From a virus, in the IMG/VR virus record IMGVR_UViG_3300037130_000236: 64,000 bases of DNA; one strand, 5' to 3'. This document shows positions 55,296-62,421 of the stretch, in pieces (positions within the stretch are counted from its first letter, which is position 1; every line of letters starts with the position of its first letter). The position numbers were made by a program, and so were the translations under genes. The notes under the pieces are model-generated. The model did not search any database and was not told the origin of the DNA. It worked only from the letters and a program-made list of their open reading frames with translations.

Positions 55296-56483
55296 CTATA
55301 GATCGGTTACACCGGAACGGTGGCCGCCAAGCTCAGTCCTGAATCGGATCTGACCTTTGAATTCCTCCGGCCGGTTCCAATCGAACAGACACGGATCACT
55401 CAGGTTGTAAAAGGGATTGATTTCCAACAGCTTGACACCGTACTGGTTATAGCTGTCAGAAAGACTCCGCCGGCGCTTGATGAACACATCGAAGACTACT
55501 GAATCGAGATGAGAAGCATCTCGCAATTCCTTGTCAAAGAACTGCTCGATCGCCCACTTGATGCCGGCGGCGTCTTCGGTAATCTCCGAGTACACTCCGC
55601 GGTAGTAGTATTGGCTGATCCCGACGAGCTTGCGGTCCTGCATGAAGCAACGGAACTCTGACCACTCGGGCAGGTCCAGACCTTCACGAATCCAAACACT
55701 GGGCGGGTAGTTCATGGCGATCTGCATGTGCAGGTCGTCATAGATGCGCTCGGAACAGCAGGTCAGGAGATCGAAAGCCATCTGGCCTGAGGTGATCTGG
55801 CCATTTGGCAACTGAGCGCCTTCGCCGAGGCTACATCCCCAGTAGAAAGCATCCTTCGGACTGCGCGAGCCAAGGCGGACAAAGATACCCTTTGGAAACT
55901 GCTGAACGGCCTTGTCCAGCCGTGCGATCAGGTGATCCTTTACCGTCTCGTGGTTCTCGGGCACACCCTCGGTAAAGCCTTCGCCCAGCTCGATGATGTA
56001 GCTGCCCATGACGCGCGCTTCTTCCAGGGTCATCTGAACCCTTACTGAGGGAACCGACAAGCTGTGCAAAGCGTTCGGCCAGCTCTCTATGTAGGTCGGC
56101 CATGACACATCCCAGATGGGTCCCTTGGGCTTGTATCTCTCCGACTCGGGCTTCTTCAACCACTCTTCCCCGGCGGCTATACTTGCCTTCATCATGGCAA
56201 GAGAAAACTCATGGCGCTCTGGTGAACCAGGCGCGCCGAACTCTGCGAACCGATCTGTCGAGGGGTCGTAGTCACTCATGTCAGGAATATCTTCCTGATG
56301 TGCAACGGCGCCGCCGGTACGGCCGCACCCTTCGCAAGGATGGCTGGTGTGGGATAAACAGCCGACATGGCTGCATGGTTCACCCGGCTCAAGCGTTATC
56401 GCTGTGGTTAAACCAGCGATCCGCTCCTGCTCCCGCCACCATTCCGGGGGATGAGTGTGTTCGTTCATTGGGGTGTCTGCCAT
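55296..56483 (-). CDS. CDC123/R2K-like ATP-grasp protein
   Basis: FVRLGSRSPKD, EFRCF, GISQY, VFDVF, LLEINPF...DPCLFDW; start MADTP at 56483. Confidence 0.75.
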   Translation of the reverse strand: MADTPMNEHTHPPEWWREQERIAGLTTAITLEPGEPCSHVGCLSHTSHPCEGCGRTGGAVAHQEDIPDMSDYDPSTDRFAEFGAPGSPERHEFSLAMMKASIAAGEEWLKKPESERYKPKGPIWDVSWPTYIESWPNALHSLSVPSVRVQMTLEEARVMGSYIIELGEGFTEGVPENHETVKDHLIARLDKAVQQFPKGIFVRLGSRSPKDAFYWGCSLGEGAQLPNGQITSGQMAFDLLTCCSERIYDDLHMQIAMNYPPSVWIREGLDLPEWSEFRCFMQDRKLVGISQYYYRGVYSEITEDAAGIKWAIEQFFDKELRDASHLDSVVFDVFIKRRRSLSDSYNQYGVKLLEINPFYNLSDPCLFDWNRPEEFKGQIRFRTELGGHRSGVTDL

Positions 56484-56497
56484 GTTTCTCCAAAGTT

Positions 56498-56580
56498 TGA
56501 CGGCGGTTGGATTCGAACCCACGAAGGCTTGAGCCAGCAGTTTTGCAGATTGCCGTGTTTGACCACTTCGCTACCGCACG
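56498..56580 (-). tRNA. Degenerate long-variable-arm tRNA, Tyr-like body with GCA (Cys) anticodon; possible pseudogene
   Basis: AAGTGGTCAAAC D-loop, GCAAT-CTGCAAA-ACTGC anticodon arm, GGC-TCAA-GCC variable arm, GGTTCGAATCC; mismatches in several stems; no CCA. Confidence 0.6.
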
Positions 56581-56586
56581 TTCTGG

Positions 56587-56766
56587 TTAGGCAACGCGAT
56601 CCTCATTATTCAAGTGATACGTCTGAAACCCTAAAGGACCGAGACCAAGCATATTCGTGGCAAAACCTTCTGCTTCTTCTCTGGATGAAAACCAACGCAG
56701 AACCAAAAGCATTGGCCCCTTCTTCCTACGGTCCAGCAGAATCCAGACATCTTCCAATTCAGCCAT
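56587..56766 (-). CDS. Small hypothetical protein
   Basis: Start MAELED at 56766. Confidence 0.5.
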   Translation of the reverse strand: MAELEDVWILLDRRKKGPMLLVLRWFSSREEAEGFATNMLGLGPLGFQTYHLNNEDRVA

Positions 56767-56767
56767 G

Positions 56768-57361
56768 TCATGCAACCCTTTCGTTGTTGATGATGTGGTC
56801 GAACGGATCGAAGTCCGCTTCGGAAACAAAGGGCACATCACTATTTGGTAGGACACTGATCGGTGACATCACAGGAAGTAACCGAACGGTGCCAGCGAGA
56901 GGCCGCTTCATTGTTGCCGGATCGATCCCGAACTGCTTCAGATACGAGATGTCCAGAGTCCATTCGTGCCGGCTGCGTTCCTCAAAGATCTCGAATGCCC
57001 TGGCGATATAGGCCTCAGCAGTCGATTGTTGTGGCCACTGGTTCACCTTCATCAGGTGGGCACGGACTTCTTCGAACTCGCCATTCACGCTGGCTAATCC
57101 GATGTGCTTGACTTTGTGGCACATGGGGCACAGGGCTATCAGCCTCACCAGAGTCTGGGTGTGCGTCTTGTCGTCGTACAGCCAGACCTCATGGCACTCA
57201 ACAGGCCAGCGACGGCCACGGCCGGCGCATATCTCACAGCGGTGTCTGGTCAGCTTCGAGGTTTGCTTCTTCAGAACTTCCCACACGGAAGGAGGAACGC
57301 TGGATCTCACATTCGAAAACCAGCAGGAAGCGGGCACAAGTTCGATCGTCAGTCGTGGCAC
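56768..57361 (-). CDS. HNH-family nuclease
   Basis: IELVP..CW..NVR...W...CEIC...ECHEVW...LCPMCHKVKH. Confidence 0.75.
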   Translation of the reverse strand: MPRLTIELVPASCWFSNVRSSVPPSVWEVLKKQTSKLTRHRCEICAGRGRRWPVECHEVWLYDDKTHTQTLVRLIALCPMCHKVKHIGLASVNGEFEEVRAHLMKVNQWPQQSTAEAYIARAFEIFEERSRHEWTLDISYLKQFGIDPATMKRPLAGTVRLLPVMSPISVLPNSDVPFVSEADFDPFDHIINNERVA

Positions 57362-57386
57362 GGTCAGCTCTCAAACACTTTGTTGG

Positions 57387-57569
57387 TCACAGCGTTGCCG
57401 TGATCGGGGCGTCTTCGATCAAGCCGTCATAGGCCCAGATGTGATCGCCGCCGTTTTCCCGTGCCTGCGTTGCGGCTTCTTCGATGGCGTCGTTCTCGGT
57501 CGGTGCCTCGATCTCCATATTGGTGGTGACCAGGGCTTCCGTTGTTACTTTCACTCGGAACTTGGGCAT
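57387..57569 (-). CDS. Small hypothetical protein
   Basis: 60 aa, AAGGA SD. Confidence 0.6.
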   Translation of the reverse strand: MPKFRVKVTTEALVTTNMEIEAPTENDAIEEAATQARENGGDHIWAYDGLIEDAPITATL

Positions 57570-57757
57570 GCTTCCTTCTCGTCTTTCTCAATCGTCGCGG
57601 CCATGGCAAACAACTGACCGCGTTCGCAGGTTGGGTCGTGGTGTTCACACCCCTTGCATTCTGGACAGCAACTGTAGATGCCGAGTCCAAATTCGGCACG
57701 CTTGGCTATAGCCAGAATCCTGGGATAGACCGCAAGCTTTCGCGCGGTGACATCCAT
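57551..57757 (-). CDS. Small Cys/His hypothetical protein
   Basis: CPEC....H...C. Confidence 0.55.
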   Translation of the reverse strand: MDVTARKLAVYPRILAIAKRAEFGLGIYSCCPECKGCEHHDPTCERGQLFAMAATIEKDEKEACPSSE

Positions 57758-57788
57758 ATCAGTGTTTCCTTTCCTGTTAGCCTGCGGT

Positions 57789-57804
57789 ATCAGGGGAATC
57801 CCTT
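57789..57804 (-). promoter_or_regulatory. Candidate directional motif
   Basis: Minus strand AAGGGATTCCCCTGAT, 32 bp upstream of 57757 start. Confidence 0.3.
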
Positions 57805-58183
57805 AATACAGAGGTTCTACTCTGACCTTGTCCACCCCACGAGAAACCATTCCGAGGGCGCGCGCCGCTGCGGTAGACAGATCGATCACTCTCGTCTTTA
57901 CAGCGGGGCCTCGATCGGTAATGGTGACGATGACAGACTTCTGGTTTCGCAGCGAGGTGACTTTCACACGCGTGCCCAGCGGCAGCATCCTGCTGGCCGC
58001 TGTCAGCTTGCTCTCGTCGAATCTCTGGCCATTGGCCATGCGCCGGCCCTGGTGGACGTGCCCGTAATAACTGGCGATGCCAACCACGGTCTTCACAGTT
58101 CTTGTGACTGCTCTTGCTGTTGCCGTAACAAACAAGAACAAGCACAGGATCCAAACGCAAACGGAGCGCCTAAACTGGGGCAC
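57803..58183 (-). CDS. RlpA-like (DPBB) lytic transglycosylase with signal peptide
   Basis: GIASYYG...MANG.RFD...TAA...LPLGT.VKVT...V.ITDRGP....RVIDLS..AA..LG. Confidence 0.9.
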   Translation of the reverse strand: MPQFRRSVCVWILCLFLFVTATARAVTRTVKTVVGIASYYGHVHQGRRMANGQRFDESKLTAASRMLPLGTRVKVTSLRNQKSVIVTITDRGPAVKTRVIDLSTAAARALGMVSRGVDKVRVEPLY

Positions 58184-58206
58184 GGTGCCTCCTTACAGGA
58201 TTGAAT

Positions 58207-58560
58207 TCATGCAGCTTGAATGCCTAAGCTATCGAGGTACTTACTCACGTCGGGATCACCGTTCACGCGCTTCCGTTCGAGCAGAGGATAGGCTGCCGAG
58301 TTAATCTGAATGAACTCAGCCAGGCGGGCATATAGTGGTGGGTTCTTCTTCAGCAGGGCAAGAATCTTCATGCGTGCCGATGGAAAGTAGCACACCTTGT
58401 CTTGAGCGATGGCCGGGAAGATCACCCAAGCCAGATCGAACCAGGCGTTGGAACCAATCACAACACCTTCACTCATCCTGAAGCTCAGGTACTCTGCGAT
58501 GTCGGCGATCAACTGGCAACGACCTGCGCTATCCAAGGGGATTCGCTTTCGTGATTCCAA
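58207..58560 (-). CDS. Hypothetical protein
   Basis: 117-aa ORF; start uncertain. Confidence 0.55.
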   Translation of the reverse strand: MESRKRIPLDSAGRCQLIADIAEYLSFRMSEGVVIGSNAWFDLAWVIFPAIAQDKVCYFPSARMKILALLKKNPPLYARLAEFIQINSAAYPLLERKRVNGDPDVSKYLDSLGIQAA

Positions 58561-58678
58561 GACTGACCGATCCCGGATACATCTGTGATTTCAAGTGCTC
58601 TGGGATCGGATCGTTGACGGTCTTGTACCAGGCGCCGCGGCGGATTGCCGCCCTTGTTCTTGCGTCGAGGAGACCCAT

Positions 58679-58888
58679 TTACTTCCGGTCTCCGAGCTCC
58701 CAGAATCCGATCAGTTCGTCGCCATTCACTTCGTCGATGATCTCGCCTGATGTTGTCGAGATTGCATCGTCTGCGAAGGCATTGGCCTTGATCGGTTCGA
58801 GAGAAGTCTGAATGGCCTGGATAGCGTCACCCAGATTGATGCCGGTTTCCAGAATTCCGATGTCGACTTTGATCACTAACTGTTTCAT
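58679..58888 (-). CDS. Hypothetical protein
   Basis: Start MKQLV at 58888. Confidence 0.55.
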   Translation of the reverse strand: MKQLVIKVDIGILETGINLGDAIQAIQTSLEPIKANAFADDAISTTSGEIIDEVNGDELIGFWELGDRK

Positions 58889-58972
58889 GGTTGATCTACC
58901 AATTCGCCCGGGATTTCCCGGTAAGCTATTCCCATTCCCTTCACGGCGCCGCAAGCATTGCAGCGCGCGCGA

Positions 58973-59314
58973 TTACGGGCAGGATTGCGCTTCTTGCACA
59001 TGCCGCATTGCCAGCCCTGTTTCAGCAGTTTTGGCTTCTTCAAATGGCTCTCCTTTACCGAGGGCTATATGGTTCCGTTTGATGAAGTGCTGGCACAGTG
59101 CCCTAAACAGCAGATCCCACACCAGCAGCCGCTTACGCGGAAATTTGGTGATGACGCCATCCCTGTACTGGCGGCCATCCTTACGGAACAGCTTGAAACC
59201 GTAGTTCCCGGTGCTTGCCGTTCCAGTGGCGTCGTTCCAGATGTGAGCGGACCCGAGAGGGTATGCCTTTGCTTCCTCACCTCTGGGCCACATCTCAATC
59301 TTCAAAACGATCAT
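58973..59314 (-). CDS. Hypothetical protein
   Basis: 113 aa, GAGG SD. Confidence 0.65.
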   Translation of the reverse strand: MIVLKIEMWPRGEEAKAYPLGSAHIWNDATGTASTGNYGFKLFRKDGRQYRDGVITKFPRKRLLVWDLLFRALCQHFIKRNHIALGKGEPFEEAKTAETGLAMRHVQEAQSCP

Positions 59315-59333
59315 CGTATCCTCGAATCAAGAA

Positions 59334-59481
59334 CCAGGGCCGGTGTGAACAACAATCCCGCTAGCAAAGCGTTCAACGGTCACTCCGTTTATCCACTTAA
59401 CTCAGCCATCTCTAGGCGACTGCTATCGCCTTACAGATCTGGCGTAGGACTCCCTTCCCACTGGGTCTGCTCCTGCCCTGG
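59334..59481 (-). ncRNA. Candidate structured RNA downstream of tRNA pair
   Basis: Noncoding; CCAGGGC/GCCCTGG closing stem and internal GGCGA/TCGCC hairpin. Confidence 0.2.
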
Positions 59482-59603
59482 CTATTGAAAATGGCCCGTC
59501 ACGATTTGGATTTCAAATCCAAAACCGGGAAAAGTCGCCAAAACCGAATAACAACAAAGAGCGATTTTGGCCTCGCGTGAGGCCTTCTCCCTATTTCTGA
59601 AGT

Positions 59604-59690
59604 TGGTGCAGATGAAGAGACTCGAACTCATACGCCGTTACGGGCACCAGCACCTCAAGCTGGCGTGTCTGCCAATTCCACCACATCTGC
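59604..59690 (-). tRNA. tRNA-Leu(GAG)
   Basis: Complete cloverleaf, CCAGC-TTGAGGT-GCTGG, long variable arm, encoded CCA. Confidence 0.95.
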
Positions 59691-59699
59691 GCTACAAGG

Positions 59700-59773
59700 T
59701 GGCTGGCGGTCAGGGATTCGAACCCCGATAAGCGCCTCCAAAGGGCACTATCCTACCGTTAGATGAACCGCCA
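59700..59773 (-). tRNA. tRNA-Gln(TTG)
   Basis: Complete cloverleaf, GTGCC-CTTTGGA-GGCGC, encoded CCA. Confidence 0.93.
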
Positions 59774-59777
59774 GTAG

Positions 59778-60266
59778 TTAAGCTGCTTCCGAGGTTACTG
59801 CGGCCGTTTCATCTTCCAAAGGCTCGGGAATGACCGTCGGCTCATCCCCTTCCTTGTAGTAGATGGAATGAGGTTTGCCATCTTCGACAGGAAGACGATA
59901 ACCGATAAGGTTTGGCATCCCGGCGTAAGGTGGACAAGCCCGAACGGTGCCTTGAACTGCCGTGAGGCGATAGCGAGTACCATCTGATGTCTGAATCAGT
60001 TGGCCCGCTTCATAAGGACTCTCCATTGCGATCGCGTGGTTGCGCTGCTCGATTGCTCTTGCAAGTTCAAACTGTCGTGTTTGCACACGTTTTACCAGCT
60101 CGGCGACTGTGGTCGCCGACATGTTGGCCTTCATTCGAGGATCGTTGTCCGGCCAGCAAATGTCGATGATGGAGTCCAGATGCCTACCCTGATGGGTGTG
60201 GTCTTTGTCGCACCGCGCGACACAACCGTCGTCCAGACGAATCCACTTCGCACAGATGAAACCCAT
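59778..60266 (-). CDS. Hypothetical protein
   Basis: 162 aa, N-terminal C/H motif. Confidence 0.65.
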   Translation of the reverse strand: MGFICAKWIRLDDGCVARCDKDHTHQGRHLDSIIDICWPDNDPRMKANMSATTVAELVKRVQTRQFELARAIEQRNHAIAMESPYEAGQLIQTSDGTRYRLTAVQGTVRACPPYAGMPNLIGYRLPVEDGKPHSIYYKEGDEPTVIPEPLEDETAAVTSEAA

Positions 60267-60268
60267 GG

Positions 60269-60460
60269 CTATTCCTGCTCCTCATCTTCTGAGCTGTCGT
60301 CTTCCTCTTCGATCTGAGCGGCAACCCATTGCCAATAGCCGCGTCGCGTGTTGTTCTCATTGACCTCTTGTTGCCAGTCAGTGACCGAATGTGTGGGATG
60401 TGAATTCCATTCCCCGTACTTCTCGGCAAGCTCCTCGGCGGACAGTTCTTTGTCAGGCAT
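60269..60460 (-). CDS. Small acidic protein (DW..EV...TR.GYW.W family)
   Basis: 63 aa; similar to 26888-27067. Confidence 0.7.
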   Translation of the reverse strand: MPDKELSAEELAEKYGEWNSHPTHSVTDWQQEVNENNTRRGYWQWVAAQIEEEDDSSEDEEQE

Positions 60461-61067
60461 AAAGCTCCAGGTGGCCGATTACGGCGTCTACATCGGCTTT
60501 GCAAACAGGCGTGGTGCAAATGGCAGTCAGGACACTCTCTTCCGTTCCATAGAACGGAGGATTGCTGTCGTGGAATGATTGGACCCGATAACGGCAGTTG
60601 CCTTCGATTCCGGCGGTTCCCGTCAAGGAGTCCTGAACGAGGGCTTCCCGAATCATCTTCAGTTCCCGGCTGTTTCGCACGCTGAGTACGATCGTCGTGA
60701 TTGGCTCAAGAATGGTTTCATCGCCGTTGTTAATGATCTCGCACCCACGCATGGCCGATACGACATGGGCGCACTGCGCCATCAGGCGGCCGGGCTCCAT
60801 GGAAATCGACCGCGGCGAACTGTCGGGCGGAGTGACCTGAACGGTTTTTGGAACGATCACATAGATCCGCTCTTCCGAGATCTCCTCAGCTTCAGTCCCT
60901 TCGTCCGCATTTGCAGGCGCTGGCACATCTATGTCCGTCACCTGATGCTCGAACACGTAGTTGCTCTCGTGGATCGTATCGACCGCTTGCACCAGCAACT
61001 GCCGGATTTCGCCCACATGCGGCTTCTCAACGGTCACCTTCAAGGTGACCTCGCTGAACTCTCTCAT
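60453..61067 (-). CDS. Peptidyl-tRNA hydrolase type 2-like protein with N-terminal extension
   Basis: GRLMAQCAHV, TIVLSV, FHD, LTAICTTP...VDAVIGHLEL match the Pth2 layout. Confidence 0.7.
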   Translation of the reverse strand: MREFSEVTLKVTVEKPHVGEIRQLLVQAVDTIHESNYVFEHQVTDIDVPAPANADEGTEAEEISEERIYVIVPKTVQVTPPDSSPRSISMEPGRLMAQCAHVVSAMRGCEIINNGDETILEPITTIVLSVRNSRELKMIREALVQDSLTGTAGIEGNCRYRVQSFHDSNPPFYGTEESVLTAICTTPVCKADVDAVIGHLELYA

Positions 61068-61115
61068 CGTTTCTCCGATACAACTGCATCCTATGGAATT
61101 GTTGGCTGGAATTGG

Positions 61116-61132
61116 ATAGAGGAAAGCCCCTA
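61116..61132 (-). promoter_or_regulatory. Candidate directional motif upstream of pth2-like gene
   Basis: Minus strand TAGGGGCTTTCCTCTAT. Confidence 0.45.
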
Positions 61133-61142
61133 AACGTACGAA

Positions 61143-61160
61143 GGGCGCCCGAAGGCGCCC
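61143..61160 (-). terminator. GGGCGCC-UUCG-GGCGCCC hairpin (copy 1)
   Basis: 7-bp stem, UUCG loop; identical copy at 62089-62106. Confidence 0.55.
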
Positions 61161-61164
61161 CGGC

Positions 61165-61320
61165 TCACGACACATACCCTCGGTATCGAGGCTTGGTCGG
61201 TGCATTTTCTAAATCGGCCTTTGCCAGACGTCGATTCAACTTGGCATTGCGCCGCTTGTACGTCTTTCTGATCACTCGGCCCTTCACGGAAGAGTCGAGC
61301 TGTTCAATCTTCAGTTTCAT
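61165..61320 (-). CDS. Small basic hypothetical protein
   Basis: 51-aa ORF MKLKIEQ...RYRGYVS not in track, GAGG SD. Confidence 0.55.
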   Translation of the reverse strand: MKLKIEQLDSSVKGRVIRKTYKRRNAKLNRRLAKADLENAPTKPRYRGYVS

Positions 61321-61338
61321 CGCCGCCTCGCACCTTCG

Positions 61339-61962
61339 TCAGACACTGACGGGGACCAGCTTGTGGCGAACCGCGTACATGACGAGTTGAACTTTGTTGT
61401 GGCACCCGATCTTCTCCATCAAGGTCGACTTATGCACTTCCACGGTCTTTGCGCTCAAACCGAGGAGGATGGAGATTTCCTTGACGCTGTTTCCCTCGGC
61501 GAGCATCTTTAGAACCTCATTCTGTCGAGGAGACAGCCGATGGAAGCCGGCAGAGTGTTCATGTCCGGTAAATCTGGGCAGAATGGAAAAGTGGGAATCG
61601 CCGCGATAGATCTTGGCAATCACTTTCTGCAGCTCATCGAAACCACACGTCTTCGTCAGGTAGGCCGAGGCTCCAGCTTCGACTGCATTGAGGATATGCT
61701 CTTCTTCGGTTGATCCGGTAAGAAACATCACTTTCAGTGGAAAGTGAGAAGACTTGGCCCATCGAGCCGCTTCAAATGGATCGGCGCCTGGGATATTCAC
61801 ATCGAGGATGAGAATATCGACCTTCTGGTCGACAGCATGTTCTGCTGCCTCGCGCGCATCTCCATGATCCCCGATGATTCGGATCGTGGAAGTCTGTTCC
61901 ATGATCTTGCACAGAATTTCACGGACCAGAACATGGTCGTCCGCCATTACACATCGAATCAT
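61339..61962 (-). CDS. NarL/FixJ-family (LuxR-HTH) response regulator, no cognate kinase in window
   Basis: ADDH, ILDVN phospho-Asp, LTG, YLTK; LSPRQNEVL..LAEG.SVKEIS..L.LS.KTVE.H. Confidence 0.92.
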   Translation of the reverse strand: MIRCVMADDHVLVREILCKIMEQTSTIRIIGDHGDAREAAEHAVDQKVDILILDVNIPGADPFEAARWAKSSHFPLKVMFLTGSTEEEHILNAVEAGASAYLTKTCGFDELQKVIAKIYRGDSHFSILPRFTGHEHSAGFHRLSPRQNEVLKMLAEGNSVKEISILLGLSAKTVEVHKSTLMEKIGCHNKVQLVMYAVRHKLVPVSV

Positions 61963-62013
61963 TGGCCTTTTTCCTCTCAGCTAATATCAGGCCGGAAGAT
62001 GGCCGTATTGAGG

Positions 62014-62030
62014 ATAGGGGAAAGCCCCTA
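62014..62030 (-). promoter_or_regulatory. Candidate directional motif upstream of response regulator
   Basis: ATAGGG-AAAGC-CCCTAT (minus TAGGGGCTTTCCCTAT). Confidence 0.45.
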
Positions 62031-62088
62031 TGAATCTTTTGTGACATGGAATACATGATGTTTCTGTATAATGCGCGTCCGGCCTGCT

Positions 62089-62106
62089 GGGCGCCCGAAG
62101 GCGCCC
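62089..62106 (-). terminator. GGGCGCC-UUCG-GGCGCCC hairpin (copy 2), near likely 3' end of tmRNA coding piece
   Basis: Identical to 61143-61160. Confidence 0.5.
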
Positions 62107-62152
62107 TTCTGTTGCCAGGCCAAGCAGACTTGGCCCCGTCTAGTCTTTCGGA

Positions 62153-62245
62153 CTAGACAGCAGCAAGAACGCCCAGGGTGTTCTCCGCGGCCGTGGCCGG
62201 TTCGAAGACCTCAAACGTCATGCTGGCGACATACCCAGTGTTGGC
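62153..62245 (-). other. tmRNA tag reading frame (A)ANTGYVASMTFEVFEPATAAENTLGVLAAV*
   Basis: 31 codons from GCC after an AT-rich resume context to TAG in a hairpin. Confidence 0.75.
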
Positions 62246-62355
62246 ATATATGCGTCTGTGTGTCCTTCTGCCGATCCAAAGATCGACACGGCAGCCACAC
62301 CACCCGGCTCGTCATCTCTATCCGTCACTGATTCCGTCGAAACCGTGACGGGCCC

Positions 62356-62421
62356 ACCAAAGCCCTCTCTGACTTACATTCCCCCGAAGTTCGGTGAACT
62401 TCAGCTAAAGCATGAGGGCTT
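62356..62421 (-). other. Intervening segment of permuted tmRNA precursor
   Basis: ACCA-AAGCCCTC pairs with GAGGGCTT-TGGT, extending the acceptor stem; internal GAAGTTC/GAACTTC hairpin. Confidence 0.85.

Larger units (their letters stand above)
62085..62355 (-). ncRNA. ssrA: Two-piece tmRNA, coding piece (3' end approximate)
   Basis: Starts GGGCCCG-TCACGGTTTCGAC; GGAATC and ACGAGC pair with acceptor piece; pk1-like CTGCC/GGCAG plus GTGTC/GACAC; ATATAT-GCC resume; stop TAG inside GTCTAGTC/GACTAGAC stem. Confidence 0.88.

Noticed and set aside
59753-59763. Match to the CTAAC-N-GTTAG operator inside tRNA-Gln
   Set aside because: Two mismatches, and explained by conserved D-arm sequence.
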